Source: Actinomycetota bacterium (lineage in GTDB: Bacteria > Actinomycetota > Actinomycetes > S36-B12 > UBA5976). From it: 64,000 bases of DNA. The stretch spans positions 27,909-91,908 of the forward strand of contig CANGDT010000002.1 of NCBI GenBank assembly GCA_947452755.1, given 5' to 3'. The notes below the pieces were generated by a model that saw only the letters and a list, made by a program, of their open reading frames with translations, did no database searches and was not told the origin of the DNA. Both the position numbers and the translations under genes were made by a program. Positions 1-9,856 of this stretch are shown one piece after another (the first letter of the stretch is position 1; each line of letters starts with the position of its first letter).

Positions 1-804
1 GATTTGCAAGACCGTTTGGTTTCTTATGGCGCAGTGCCATTCGAAGTTCCGACAATGTCGGTTGAACCACCGCGCACACCACAGCAAATGGAACGCGCGG
101 TTCATGGACTTGTCTCGGGTCGCTACGAATGGGTTGCATTCACCAGTGTTAACGCAGTGCGTGCTATTCGTGAACGTTTCAATGAGTACGGCCTTGACGC
201 TCGTTCACTTTCCGGAATTCGTATCGCAGCAATTGGTGAAGACACCGTTGATGCGTTGATCGCTATGGGTGTTCGTCCTGACCTCGTTCCAGAAGGTGAC
301 CAAACCACTGCAGCGCTTCTTGATGAATGGCCAGAGTTCGATCAGATTCTTGATCCGATCAATCGCGTATTCCTGCCACGTGCTGACATTGCAACGGACA
401 CTTTGGTTGCTGGTCTGACCGCTCTTGGTTGGGAAGTTGAAGATGTCACTGCGTACCGCACGGTTCGCGCTGCACCACCACACATTGACACTCGTGAAGC
501 AATCAAGAGTGGTGGGTTTGACGCAGTTGTGTTCACATCAAGCAGCACTGTGCGTAACCTGGTCGGTATTGCTGGCAAGCCACATCCGTCTAGCATCATT
601 GCCTGCATCGGTCCGGCAACTGCCAAGACCGCGCAGGAACATGGTCTACGTGTTGATGTACTTCCTGAAGATGCGACCATCGATGCGCTTTCAAAGGCTT
701 TGGCAATTCATGGTGCTTCACTTCGTGACGAAGCAGCACAAGCCGGATCTGTTGGTTGGCGTCCATCGCGTCGTCGTTCAGCAGCCCGTCGTCGCGCAAC
801 CTGA
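1..804 (+). CDS. hemD: uroporphyrinogen-III synthase (HemD-like) domain protein, 5'-truncated by the window edge
   Basis: The frame is open to base 1. It carries the duplicated HemD-type motif (EWVAFTSVNAV and DAVVFTSSSTV) and an Arg-rich tail. It lies upstream of a cytochrome c maturation cluster. Confidence 0.6.
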   Translation, partial: DLQDRLVSYGAVPFEVPTMSVEPPRTPQQMERAVHGLVSGRYEWVAFTSVNAVRAIRERFNEYGLDARSLSGIRIAAIGEDTVDALIAMGVRPDLVPEGDQTTAALLDEWPEFDQILDPINRVFLPRADIATDTLVAGLTALGWEVEDVTAYRTVRAAPPHIDTREAIKSGGFDAVVFTSSSTVRNLVGIAGKPHPSSIIACIGPATAKTAQEHGLRVDVLPEDATIDALSKALAIHGASLRDEAAQAGSVGWRPSRRRSAARRRAT

Positions 805-818
805 TCACTGAGTCTGCA

Positions 819-1463
819 ATGACACAGCCGCGCACAATCGTTCACCTACTTCGCCACGGCGAAGTGCACAACCCTGAGAAGGTTCTGTATGGACGACTTC
901 CTGGGTATGTGTTGTCGGATCTTGGGCATGAAATGGCCAAGCGCGCAGCAGTGGCATTGTCTGATCATGATGTGACGCACGTAGTCGCTTCGCCCCTTGA
1001 ACGTGCGCAACAGACCGCAGCTCCGATTGCTGGCGTTCATGAATTGGCAATCCACACGGATGGCAACTTGATTGAAGCTGACAATATTTTCCAAGGCCAG
1101 CGCGTAGCTGTCGGTGATGGCGCTCTTCGCAAACCGAGCGCCTGGAAGCATCTGTACAACCCGTTTAAACCATCCTGGGGCGAACCGTACGTGCAGTTGG
1201 CTGCACGAATGGAGAGCGCGGTCTTTGCTGCCCGAGATGCGGCACGTGGGCACGAAGCGGTACTAGTCAGCCATCAGCTACCCATTTGGATCAGCCGATT
1301 GTCATTTGAAGGTAAGCGTTTTGCCCACGACCCACGTAAGCGCCAATGTGCACTTGCGTCATTGACCTCCTTGACGTTTGATGGAGATGAACTCACTGCA
1401 ATCGTGTACACCGAACCGTCTGCAGATTTGATTTGGAAAGCGAGCAAGATCGCAGGTGCGTAA
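819..1463 (+). CDS. histidine phosphatase family protein (phosphoglycerate-mutase-like)
   Basis: An in-frame ATG at 819 within ORF 756..1463 gives an N-terminus with the LLRHGEV (RHG) catalytic motif. Its position matches the phosphatase upstream of ccdA/resB in other actinobacteria. Confidence 0.75.
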   Translation: MTQPRTIVHLLRHGEVHNPEKVLYGRLPGYVLSDLGHEMAKRAAVALSDHDVTHVVASPLERAQQTAAPIAGVHELAIHTDGNLIEADNIFQGQRVAVGDGALRKPSAWKHLYNPFKPSWGEPYVQLAARMESAVFAARDAARGHEAVLVSHQLPIWISRLSFEGKRFAHDPRKRQCALASLTSLTFDGDELTAIVYTEPSADLIWKASKIAGA

Positions 1464-2016
1464 GTTTTTTGGAGTGCTGGTTGCATCAGTCATTTTGTTG
1501 ACTGGATGCGGCAGTAACTCTGGAAGCAACAACACCGATAGCGGATTTGTTAGCGGTAATGGATCGATGGTTTTGGTCGCCAGTGACAAGCGGGGCGACG
1601 CCGTAACTCTCAGTGGCACGACACTCGATGGTGCGAACGTGGATATTGCACAGTGGAAAAACGATGTTGTTGTTGTGAACCTTTGGGCATCGTGGTGTGG
1701 CCCATGCCGTGCCGAAGCTGTGAATTTGGAAAAAGTCAATAAGCAATTTGCCAACAAGGGTGTCCACTTCGTTGGCTTGAATACCCGCGATGGACTTGCC
1801 TCCGCACGCGCGTTCAACAAACGTTTTGATACGGGCTATCCATCCATTCAAGATCAAGACGGCACGTTGACCTTGGCATTTGGAAATCTGGGTCCCGCCG
1901 CAACGCCATCAACATTAGTTCTAGATCGACAAGGTCGAGTCGCGGTGCGAATTCTCGGACCAGTAACCGAAGCCCAACTGCGCGACGTTGTGTCGGCTGT
2001 AGTTTCGGAGAAGTAA
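1456..2016 (+). CDS. TlpA/ResA-family thiol-disulfide oxidoreductase lipoprotein
   Basis: It has a lipobox (LLTGCGS) and the WCGPC thioredoxin active site. The GTG start overlaps the upstream stop. It is the first gene of the cytochrome c maturation set. Confidence 0.85.
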   Translation: MRKFFGVLVASVILLTGCGSNSGSNNTDSGFVSGNGSMVLVASDKRGDAVTLSGTTLDGANVDIAQWKNDVVVVNLWASWCGPCRAEAVNLEKVNKQFANKGVHFVGLNTRDGLASARAFNKRFDTGYPSIQDQDGTLTLAFGNLGPAATPSTLVLDRQGRVAVRILGPVTEAQLRDVVSAVVSEK

Positions 2017-2781
2017 ATGTTCGTTCCCATGAGCGTTGCGGACACCGTCACTTCAGGATCATTACTCCTAGCAATCCCATTAGCGTTTGCAGCCGGATTG
2101 ATTTCGTTTCTATCGCCTTGCGTATTGCCGCTAGTACCTGGATACCTTTCGTACATCACAGGTGTGGCAGGAGCCCGTGCGTCAGTTCGCCGCGAAGACG
2201 TTTCACGCAGTCGCGCACTTTGGGGAACCGTCCTCTTTGTCGCTGGATTCAGCGCAGTATTTGTGTCGTATGGCGCATTGTTTGGTGGAGTGGGCCAAGT
2301 ACTCCTCGAACACCAGCGCAACATTCAAATTGTTATGGGTGTCGTCACAATTGTGATGGGCCTTGGATTCCTCGGGTGGATTCCGGGACTGCAACGCAAT
2401 GTGCGAGTCACCAGAATGCCGTCGGGAACTTTTCTTGGCGCGTTCTTCCTAGGCGCACTTTTTGCCGTTGGTTGGACTCCATGCATTGGACCAACTCTTG
2501 CAGCCGTGCAAAGTATGGCGTTGAACGAAGCCAGCGCTTTACGTGGCGCAATTTTGAGCGCCGCATACTGCGTTGGGCTCGGTGTTCCGTTCATTGTGAT
2601 TGGTCTGCTACTAGAGCGCGGTGTGCGTGCGGTTGGCTTCTTGAGACGACATTCACAGAGCATCATGTATGTCGGTGGCGTGCTTCTGATTGGGATTGGT
2701 GTTTTGTTAGTCACGGGCTATTGGAATCACATCACAATCTCGCTTCGAGTGTGGGCTTCCCGTTGGGGAGTAGCGCTGTGA
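2017..2781 (+). CDS. ccdA: cytochrome c biogenesis protein CcdA (thiol-disulfide transporter)
   Basis: It is a polytopic membrane protein with the conserved Cys in SPCVLPLVPGY and a second Cys in WTPCIGP. It sits between the ResA-like gene and resB. Confidence 0.85.
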   Translation: MFVPMSVADTVTSGSLLLAIPLAFAAGLISFLSPCVLPLVPGYLSYITGVAGARASVRREDVSRSRALWGTVLFVAGFSAVFVSYGALFGGVGQVLLEHQRNIQIVMGVVTIVMGLGFLGWIPGLQRNVRVTRMPSGTFLGAFFLGALFAVGWTPCIGPTLAAVQSMALNEASALRGAILSAAYCVGLGVPFIVIGLLLERGVRAVGFLRRHSQSIMYVGGVLLIGIGVLLVTGYWNHITISLRVWASRWGVAL

Positions 2782-2821
2782 TGAGAACGTGTAATTGTTG
2801 GGTTATGAAGGGTTGTCTACG

Positions 2822-4318
2822 ATGAGTTGGTTGCGTTGGTTATGGCGCCAGCTCACAAGTATGCGCACTGCATTAATCTTGCTGTTCCTGTTGGCGTTGG
2901 CGAGTGTGCCAGGTTCGCTTTTCCCACAGCGCGGAACTTCACCATTGAAGGTCAGTCAATATTTACGCGACCATCCCAAGGCCGGACCGTTCTTAGATTC
3001 ACTGCGCATGTTCGATGTGTTCGCGTCTCCATGGTTCGCTGCGATCTATTTATTGCTTTTTGTGTCACTTGCAGGTTGCGTATTGCCGCGCGCGCTTGTG
3101 CACTTCAACGAGTTGCGGGGGCTGCCACCTGAGGCACCGCGCAACTTGAGTCGCCTTCCTACTTATGTGTCATGGAATTCGCAAGCACGAAGTGAAGCAG
3201 TACTCCCGAATGTTGTGAACGATTGGAAGAGTGCACGCTGGCGCGTTCGTCATGATGGCGAATGGATTGCTGCCGAAAAGGGATACTCGCGCGAAACAGG
3301 AAATGTGATGTTTCACCTGTCTCTGCTAGTCCTCCTCGTGGCAGTGGGGCTGGGATCAGCAACCGGGTTCAAAGGCACGGTCATTGTTCGTGAAGGTTCG
3401 GGCTTTGCTGACAACGTGACACAGTTCGACACATTCACGCCAGGTCATCTTTATTCAGCCGACAAACTGCCCCCATTTTCTTTCACCCTCGATGACTTTG
3501 TTGCCGAATATCAAAGTGGTGGTCAACAAAATGGTGCAGCGCGTTTATTCCATGCTGTTGTGACATACAAGAAATCAACGACCTCTACGCCAACAAAACA
3601 TTTGATTGAAGTAAACGATCCGCTGCGCATCGACGGTGTCTCCGTGTATCTAGTTGGCCACGGTTACGCGCCAATCTTCACTGTTCGTGATGGCAAGGGC
3701 AACGTTGTGTTCCAAGATGCGTCAGTCTTTTTGCCGCAAGATGGAAACTTCACGTCTACCGGTGTTGTGAAGGCGCCAGACACTGTGCCGCAACTTGGCC
3801 TTCAGGGTTTCTTTTTGCCGACGGCAACAAAGGACCTCAGGTTTGGTCCACGCTCAACGTTCCCTGCCGCTAACGATCCGCAGGTGTTCCTCAGCGCGTG
3901 GAGTGGCGACCTCGGACTTGATTCGGGTATCCCACAAAGTGTGTACAAGCTTGATACAACAAATATGAAGCGGCTCGGCATTGAGGAATTAAAGCCTGGT
4001 CAAGGTTGGAAAATTCCAGGTGGTCATGGAACCGTTGAGTTCACTGGCTACAAAGAATGGGCTGCATTCTCAATCACCCGGGATGCCGGAAAAGGTTGGG
4101 CGCTAGGTTCGTCAATTGTTGCCATTGTCGGCTTGTGCCTGTCGCTGTTGATTCCGCGTCGTCGCGTATGGCTCAGAATTACAGCACAGCCAACTGGCGG
4201 TAGCCTTTATGAAGTTGCAGGTTTGTCAAAGACAGAAGCCCCCGGGCTGACTGCTGAGATTGAAAAACTCGCTGCACACGTTCGCAAGTACGCACCGGAG
4301 GTCGCACATGTCGATTAA
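2822..4318 (+). CDS. resB: cytochrome c biogenesis protein ResB/Ccs1
   Basis: I chose the ATG at 2822 (MSWLRWLWRQLTSMRTALILL). The protein has the typical ResB N-terminus, TM helices and a large extracytoplasmic domain. Its end overlaps ccsB. Confidence 0.85.
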   Translation: MSWLRWLWRQLTSMRTALILLFLLALASVPGSLFPQRGTSPLKVSQYLRDHPKAGPFLDSLRMFDVFASPWFAAIYLLLFVSLAGCVLPRALVHFNELRGLPPEAPRNLSRLPTYVSWNSQARSEAVLPNVVNDWKSARWRVRHDGEWIAAEKGYSRETGNVMFHLSLLVLLVAVGLGSATGFKGTVIVREGSGFADNVTQFDTFTPGHLYSADKLPPFSFTLDDFVAEYQSGGQQNGAARLFHAVVTYKKSTTSTPTKHLIEVNDPLRIDGVSVYLVGHGYAPIFTVRDGKGNVVFQDASVFLPQDGNFTSTGVVKAPDTVPQLGLQGFFLPTATKDLRFGPRSTFPAANDPQVFLSAWSGDLGLDSGIPQSVYKLDTTNMKRLGIEELKPGQGWKIPGGHGTVEFTGYKEWAAFSITRDAGKGWALGSSIVAIVGLCLSLLIPRRRVWLRITAQPTGGSLYEVAGLSKTEAPGLTAEIEKLAAHVRKYAPEVAHVD

Positions 4319-5318
4319 TGAAACGCTGGCCCAGGGCAGCAACATTTTGGTTTATGGATCGATGGCTGCGTACACCGGTGCAATGACAGCGTTCACAATC
4401 TCGCTGGCCAAGGGTCGCCGTATTGAATCACTTCAAGATTCTGCAGCACGAACCGCAGGCGCATCACACCAAGCGCGAATGGGTTCCACAGCAACTCTTG
4501 ACCGACCTGCCGTTTCCACTGCGATTACGTCAGATGACAAACTCGGTGAAGGTCGACGTGCCGGAAACATTGGCATGTCACTTACGTGGCTAGCAACAAT
4601 TTTGCTGGGAGGCGGCTTGGCGCTTCGAGGATTCTCTGCACATCGTTTGCCTTGGGGCAACATGTATGAATTCTCATTGGCCGCAGCCTTTGCAGTATCC
4701 CTGTCATTTTGCATCCTGTCGTTGAATCGCGACCTGCGTTGGCTTGGTCTATTCATCACAATGCCGGTGCTGCTCGACCTGGGTGTTGCTGTGACTGTTC
4801 TTTACACGGACTCAGCACAACTAGTTCCTGCACTGCATTCATACTGGTTGGCAATTCACGTCACGGCGATGATTGCTTGTGTTGGTGCATTTACAGTAGG
4901 CGGCGCATTGTCTGCCCTGTACCTGGTAGCCGAACATGTTGAGAATCGAATTACCGCCGGCGAAAAGCCTGGTCGATGGGGAACAATCGCCAGCCGCATT
5001 CCAGCAGCTGATCGTCTCGACTTGATGGCTTACCGCATTCACGCGTTCATGTTTCCGATGTGGACCTTCGCGGTTGTCGCCGGAGCTATTTGGGCTGAAG
5101 CTGCGTGGGGTCGTTACTGGGGTTGGGATCCAAAAGAGACTTGGGCTTTTATTACGTGGGTCATTTATGCGGCTTATCTGCATGCCCGTGCGACTCACGG
5201 GTGGCGTGGACGTAAGGCTGCCTATGTTGCACTGGGTGGATTCATCGCAATTTTGTTCAACTACTTCATTGTCAACATGTTCGTAAACGGACTTCATTCA
5301 TATTCAGGACTGAACTAA
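4308..5318 (+). CDS. ccsB: c-type cytochrome biogenesis protein CcsB/ResC (heme handling)
   Basis: It carries the Trp-rich heme-handling motif WGRYWGWDPKETWAFITW and is a polytopic membrane protein. The ATG at 4308 overlaps the resB end by 11 nt. Confidence 0.85.
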   Translation: MSINETLAQGSNILVYGSMAAYTGAMTAFTISLAKGRRIESLQDSAARTAGASHQARMGSTATLDRPAVSTAITSDDKLGEGRRAGNIGMSLTWLATILLGGGLALRGFSAHRLPWGNMYEFSLAAAFAVSLSFCILSLNRDLRWLGLFITMPVLLDLGVAVTVLYTDSAQLVPALHSYWLAIHVTAMIACVGAFTVGGALSALYLVAEHVENRITAGEKPGRWGTIASRIPAADRLDLMAYRIHAFMFPMWTFAVVAGAIWAEAAWGRYWGWDPKETWAFITWVIYAAYLHARATHGWRGRKAAYVALGGFIAILFNYFIVNMFVNGLHSYSGLN

Positions 5319-5319
5319 C

Positions 5320-5562
5320 GTGAAACCAGTATTTGTTTACACCTTGGCGCGACTCGGCTTGCTTGGTCTGTCCCTCGGGCTTGGCTATCTCGCTGGTTTG
5401 CGTGGAGCAATTTTGTTAATTGCGGCTTTCCTTGGTTCGGGCGCAGTTGCGCTGGTCGTGCTTGATAAACAGCGCGGATCTATGGGTGAAAAAGTTGCAG
5501 GTCTCTTCGGCAAGATCAATGCGCGTATCGATGAAAGCACTCGCAAAGAAGATCTTGACTAA
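5320..5562 (+). CDS. small two-TM membrane protein (DUF4229-like)
   Basis: The 80-aa ORF has two hydrophobic helices and a charged C-terminus, and it sits between ccsB and menA. The family assignment is from memory of this conserved neighbourhood. Confidence 0.55.
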   Translation: MKPVFVYTLARLGLLGLSLGLGYLAGLRGAILLIAAFLGSGAVALVVLDKQRGSMGEKVAGLFGKINARIDESTRKEDLD

Positions 5563-5566
5563 CTAA

Positions 5567-6502
5567 TTACGAAGGAACTGCCGGAGTCCATGCACTTGCG
5601 GTGATTGCAATTGTCAGAATCATCGAGAACATAAGTTGAGCTCGACCTGTGTCAACAAGCACTGTGATGAGTTCCGGACCATGTGTGTCCTTTTGGATTT
5701 GCATCAGTGGGCGACGGGCGTACATCAAAGTGAAGAGCGCAACGTAGGCGTAACGCGGCCCTGAAGGAAGTAAGAACATAGCTACTGGCATGAAGTATGC
5801 AACCAAGATGCAAATTCGATAAAGCTCGCGCGTACGTGAATCGCCAAGGCGAACTGCGAGGGTTTTCTTTCCAGCAAGTGTGTCGCCTGGAATGTCGCGC
5901 AAGTTGTTTACAACTAAAAGCGCGGTAGCAAATGCGCCGCTAGCTACGCCGCCGACAATGGACAACGAAGTGACATGGTGTGTTTGGCTGGCGGATGTGC
6001 CAATCACAGCAACAAGTCCAAAGAATACAAAGACGAACAGCTCACCAAAACCGGAATATCCATATGGGCGTTTGCCACCGGTGTAAAACCAGGCAGCGAG
6101 TATTGATAGAACACCGGCTGGCAGTAAGACCCAGTACTGACTGAGAACAGTCAAGAGCAAACCTGCAACGGCTGCTATTCCAAAAGCAATGAATGCAGCG
6201 CGTTTTACTTCGTCTGGCTCAGCGAGACCTTGGCCCACGAGTCGAACTGGGCCAACGCGTTCTTCATCTGTGCCACGAATACCGTCGCTGTAATCGTTTG
6301 CGTAGTTAACTCCGATTTGCAAGGCAAGTGCAACAACCAGCGCGAGTATCGGCAGCAATGGGTTGAACGACATTCCTGGTTTGAGAGATCCATCTAAAAA
6401 AGTTTCGTACACACTGATGGCGGTACCAATTGCTACTGGAGAAAATGCTGCCGGAAGCGTGCGTGGTCGCGCACCATCAATCCATTGCTGTCGAGTCGCC
6501 AT
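5567..6502 (-). CDS. menA: 1,4-dihydroxy-2-naphthoate polyprenyltransferase
   Basis: It has UbiA-family features: the motif NDYSDGIRGTD (NxxxDxxxD) and about 8 TM helices. It is adjacent to menE. Confidence 0.9.
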   Translation of the reverse strand: MATRQQWIDGARPRTLPAAFSPVAIGTAISVYETFLDGSLKPGMSFNPLLPILALVVALALQIGVNYANDYSDGIRGTDEERVGPVRLVGQGLAEPDEVKRAAFIAFGIAAVAGLLLTVLSQYWVLLPAGVLSILAAWFYTGGKRPYGYSGFGELFVFVFFGLVAVIGTSASQTHHVTSLSIVGGVASGAFATALLVVNNLRDIPGDTLAGKKTLAVRLGDSRTRELYRICILVAYFMPVAMFLLPSGPRYAYVALFTLMYARRPLMQIQKDTHGPELITVLVDTGRAQLMFSMILTIAITASAWTPAVPS

Positions 6503-6516
6503 CAGATTCCTTATTG

Positions 6517-7812
6517 TTAAACGCCCGGATGAGGCATTCGCCCTTCGGCAATATCTTTTGCTGCTTGTAGACGCAAACCTAGTCGGTCAATTTTGCCTGA
6601 ATCGAGCATGGGTAGCTGATTGAGGAATGCGAAGGATCGCGGTGTTGCTGCGCGACTGATTCGATCAGCCACTGTCGATCGGATATCTGAAAGTAACCGA
6701 TCGCGATCTACATCGTAACTTTGGGCCACGATGTAGGCGACAGGTAGTGAGCCCCACAAATCATCTGGCACATCAATAATTGCCACATCTTCAATGTCAG
6801 GGTGGTGGCGGACGAGAGATTCAACGGCGGACAGCGAAACGTTGACCCCGCCGACGATAACGACGTCATCGAGTCGACCGAGGACGTGCAACATTCCGGC
6901 CGCATCGAGTTTGCCGACGTCTTGAGTTTGCACACGTCCGTCAATGAACATGACGGCGTCTAAGTCGGGGCGTAGTCGGTAACCCGAGGCGATGACTGGT
7001 CCGCCGATAGAAATACGACCAGGTTCAACATCGTCCTGTGTCCCTAAAGAAATTTTCACACCGTCGAGTGGTTGTCCATCGAAAACGCATCCGCCCGATG
7101 TTTCACTCATGCCGTAGGACACTACGACGTTGACGCCTTCGTCACGAAGTCGATTCAACATAGGTTGTGGTGTGGCAGCAGCGCCACTAAGTACTAGGTC
7201 ATATGAGCGCAACGCATTCAATCCCATTTCACCAGAGTCAAGCAGCCGAGCAATTTGCGTGGGAACCAGCGACACCATGAGGCGCCGCCCATCCGATTGA
7301 CTCGCGATGACAGCACGACGGGTGGTGTCGGTGAAAGTCTCCGCAGTGAATTGTTGTGCGCCGCCAACAGAAGGATCTACCTCGAACGGACTGCCATGAA
7401 CCCAAGAACGGACCAAAATCATTGCGCCAGCCACGCGATGCACCGGCATAGAAATGACCCAACGAGCATCCGTACCAAATCGGTTGCCGAAAGCTTCCGC
7501 CGAGCTGATCAACGCTTCGCGGCTCAGCAAGACACCGCGCGGTGTGCTGGTCGAACCCGATGTCGCCAGCACCATCGCAATGCCATCAGTTTCAAGTTGT
7601 AGAAGTTCATCGTCTGGGCGGATGGCCTCGCGCATGTAAGTGACTGCTTCAGCAGGACCTGTCGGGAAAGGCGCAATTGCTGGCCCGGTGCCTTCTAGGG
7701 CCTCTCGAACTGCGGTAGCCATGGTCAGCACTCCGCCAATGCCTGAAGGCACGGTCACAGCAGCCAAGTCGCGGGAGCGACGGGCATGCTTGGATGTGTG
7801 TGAATGCGGCAT
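6517..7812 (-). CDS. menE: o-succinylbenzoate-CoA ligase
   Basis: It carries the adenylate-forming motif LATSGSTSTPRGV, YGMSET and the C-terminal GKIDR. The start is uncertain: an ATG at 7722 has a GGAG 8 nt upstream, but the longer form keeps a conserved-looking N-terminus. Confidence 0.8.
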   Translation of the reverse strand: MPHSHTSKHARRSRDLAAVTVPSGIGGVLTMATAVREALEGTGPAIAPFPTGPAEAVTYMREAIRPDDELLQLETDGIAMVLATSGSTSTPRGVLLSREALISSAEAFGNRFGTDARWVISMPVHRVAGAMILVRSWVHGSPFEVDPSVGGAQQFTAETFTDTTRRAVIASQSDGRRLMVSLVPTQIARLLDSGEMGLNALRSYDLVLSGAAATPQPMLNRLRDEGVNVVVSYGMSETSGGCVFDGQPLDGVKISLGTQDDVEPGRISIGGPVIASGYRLRPDLDAVMFIDGRVQTQDVGKLDAAGMLHVLGRLDDVVIVGGVNVSLSAVESLVRHHPDIEDVAIIDVPDDLWGSLPVAYIVAQSYDVDRDRLLSDIRSTVADRISRAATPRSFAFLNQLPMLDSGKIDRLGLRLQAAKDIAEGRMPHPGV

Positions 7813-7861
7813 CGAGACTAGCCTAGAAGCACAATCAACTCTTTGAAACTTAAGGTTTGCT

Positions 7862-8794
7862 ATGGATACCCGTAATCGTTACGTGCTACCGCCAGTAGTG
7901 GAGCAATCAAGCCCTGCGTTCACAAATCCAGGTCACTCGTCAATCGAAGTGGCGTGCGACTGGGTCAACGTTGGCGAGTATCGCGACATTACTCTCCAGT
8001 TCTCTGCGGGCGAAGATTCAGGCATTGCAAAGATCACTATCAATCGACCGGAGAAGCGCAATGCGTTTCGCCCGCAAACAGTAAAAGAACTCATCGAGGC
8101 ACTTGATATCGCCCGCGATGACCCTTCAATTGGTGTGGTTATTTTGACGGGCCAAGGCGACTGGGCATTCTGTAGTGGTGGCGATCAAATGATTCGTGGC
8201 GATGACGGGTACATCGGTGATGACGAAGTCGCGCAAGCGGGCGTAGGTCGCTTAAACGTTCTTGACTTACAGATTGCGATTCGTCGGATTCCAAAGCCAG
8301 TCGTAGCGATGGTTGCTGGTTATGCCATTGGTGGCGGACACGTGCTACACGTCGTATGCGATTTAACTATTGCTGCTGACAATGCACGCTTTGGTCAGAC
8401 CGGTCCGAAGGTTGGTTCGTTTGATGGCGGCTACGGTTCAGGCTTGCTTGCTCGCCAAATTGGTCAAAAGCGTGCGCGTGAAATTTGGTATTTGTGTCGT
8501 CAGTATGGCGCCGAGCAGGCTTACGACTGGGGTTTGGTTAACGAAGTTGTGCCGCTGGTAGATCTTGAAAAGGAAACTGTGCGGTGGGCACGCGAGATGT
8601 TGCAGTTGTCACCGATTGCACTTCGAATGTTGAAGGCGAGCCACAATGCTGCAGATGACGGTCTCGCAGGAATTCAACAGCTTGCTGGCGATGCCACGCT
8701 GTTGTTCTACATGAGCGAAGAAGGTCAAGAAGGTCGTAACGCTTACAAGGAAAAGCGTCGCCCTGATTTTGGTCAATTCCCGAAGCGTCCATAA
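7862..8794 (+). CDS. menB: 1,4-dihydroxy-2-naphthoyl-CoA synthase
   Basis: It has a crotonase fold with FCSGGDQ and [11 protein letters not shown] motifs and is full length (310 aa). It is divergent from menE. Confidence 0.95.
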   Translation: MDTRNRYVLPPVVEQSSPAFTNPGHSSIEVACDWVNVGEYRDITLQFSAGEDSGIAKITINRPEKRNAFRPQTVKELIEALDIARDDPSIGVVILTGQGDWAFCSGGDQMIRGDDGYIGDDEVAQAGVGRLNVLDLQIAIRRIPKPVVAMVAGYAIGGGHVLHVVCDLTIAADNARFGQTGPKVGSFDGGYGSGLLARQIGQKRAREIWYLCRQYGAEQAYDWGLVNEVVPLVDLEKETVRWAREMLQLSPIALRMLKASHNAADDGLAGIQQLAGDATLLFYMSEEGQEGRNAYKEKRRPDFGQFPKRP

Positions 8795-8806
8795 CAAAGT
8801 CGCTCA

Positions 8807-9856
8807 GTGTCTATCGAATCTTTCGCCCGCAGTGCGCGCATGTTTGCGTTGCATTTAACGACTGAATTTCGTGGCACAACAATTCGTTCCGGCTTGCTCG
8901 TCGAAGGTCCGAGCGGTTGGGGAGAGTTCGCGCCATTTCCTGAGTACGACGATGTCATGGCGGGTCGATGGTTGGCAGGTGCGCTGGAATCGGCTTGCGG
9001 TTCATGGCCCTTGGCCGTGCGGTCGGAGATTCCTGTGAATGCGATCATTCCCGTCTTGCCTGAGGGACCCACGCGGCGTGCGGTTCATTCAGCGGCAACT
9101 TTGATGGGTGTGACGACATTTAAAGTGAAGGTTGCAAACACTCCCGATTCACTAGATGAGGATGTGTTACGCCTACGCACCATTCGCGACATGCTCACTG
9201 AACTAAATGTGCCTGGCGAAATACGTATCGATGCGAATGCACGCTGGTCAGTTTCAGAAGCAGCAGCGAACATCGCCATCCTGAATGATGCTGTTGGCGC
9301 ATTGGACTATGTGGAACAACCGTGTGCAACTCTGGATGAATTGCGTGAACTAAAAGGCTTGATGTCCGCTTGGGACTATCCCGTGCGTATCGCGGTTGAC
9401 GAGAGTATTCGGTTAAGCGATTCGCTTGATGTCAACGTGATTCAACAAATTGCGGATGTGGCAATCATCAAAGCCATTCCCGTCGGCGGTGTTAATCGTG
9501 CGTTGGACATTGTTGAACAAATTGGTTTGCCTGTCGTTGTCAGTGGAAGTTTAGATACCTCTGTTGGTTTATCAAGCGGACTTGCTTTGGCCGCAGCAAT
9601 CCCGAATCTTTATGGTGCGTGCGGACTAGGTACTGGCGCCTTGTTTGCTGAAGATGTCGTCGGCGAAACAACGATGCCGCTTGGAGGCATGATTTCTGTT
9701 GGTCGCACGGCTCCGGATCTCGATGTGCTCGATCAAGTTGAAGCTGGCATTGCTCGGACGTATCGCGCGGAATGGCAAGAGCGCATGATTCGGGCATGGA
9801 ATGCTGGTGCAAGAGAATTAGTTTCGGATGAAGTGCGTGAGGTGGTGGAGCAATGA
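8807..9856 (+). CDS. menC: o-succinylbenzoate synthase (enolase superfamily)
   Basis: It shows enolase-superfamily metal and base motifs (KVKV, IRIDANARW, YVEQP, VDES). It lies between menB and menD. Confidence 0.8.
   Translation: MSIESFARSARMFALHLTTEFRGTTIRSGLLVEGPSGWGEFAPFPEYDDVMAGRWLAGALESACGSWPLAVRSEIPVNAIIPVLPEGPTRRAVHSAATLMGVTTFKVKVANTPDSLDEDVLRLRTIRDMLTELNVPGEIRIDANARWSVSEAAANIAILNDAVGALDYVEQPCATLDELRELKGLMSAWDYPVRIAVDESIRLSDSLDVNVIQQIADVAIIKAIPVGGVNRALDIVEQIGLPVVVSGSLDTSVGLSSGLALAAAIPNLYGACGLGTGALFAEDVVGETTMPLGGMISVGRTAPDLDVLDQVEAGIARTYRAEWQERMIRAWNAGARELVSDEVREVVEQ

Noticed and set aside
2118-2825. A 235-aa ORF in an alternative plus-strand frame over ccdA.
   Set aside because: It is Arg/Cys/Trp-rich off-frame sequence. 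The ccdA frame carries the conserved CcdA motifs and TM helices.
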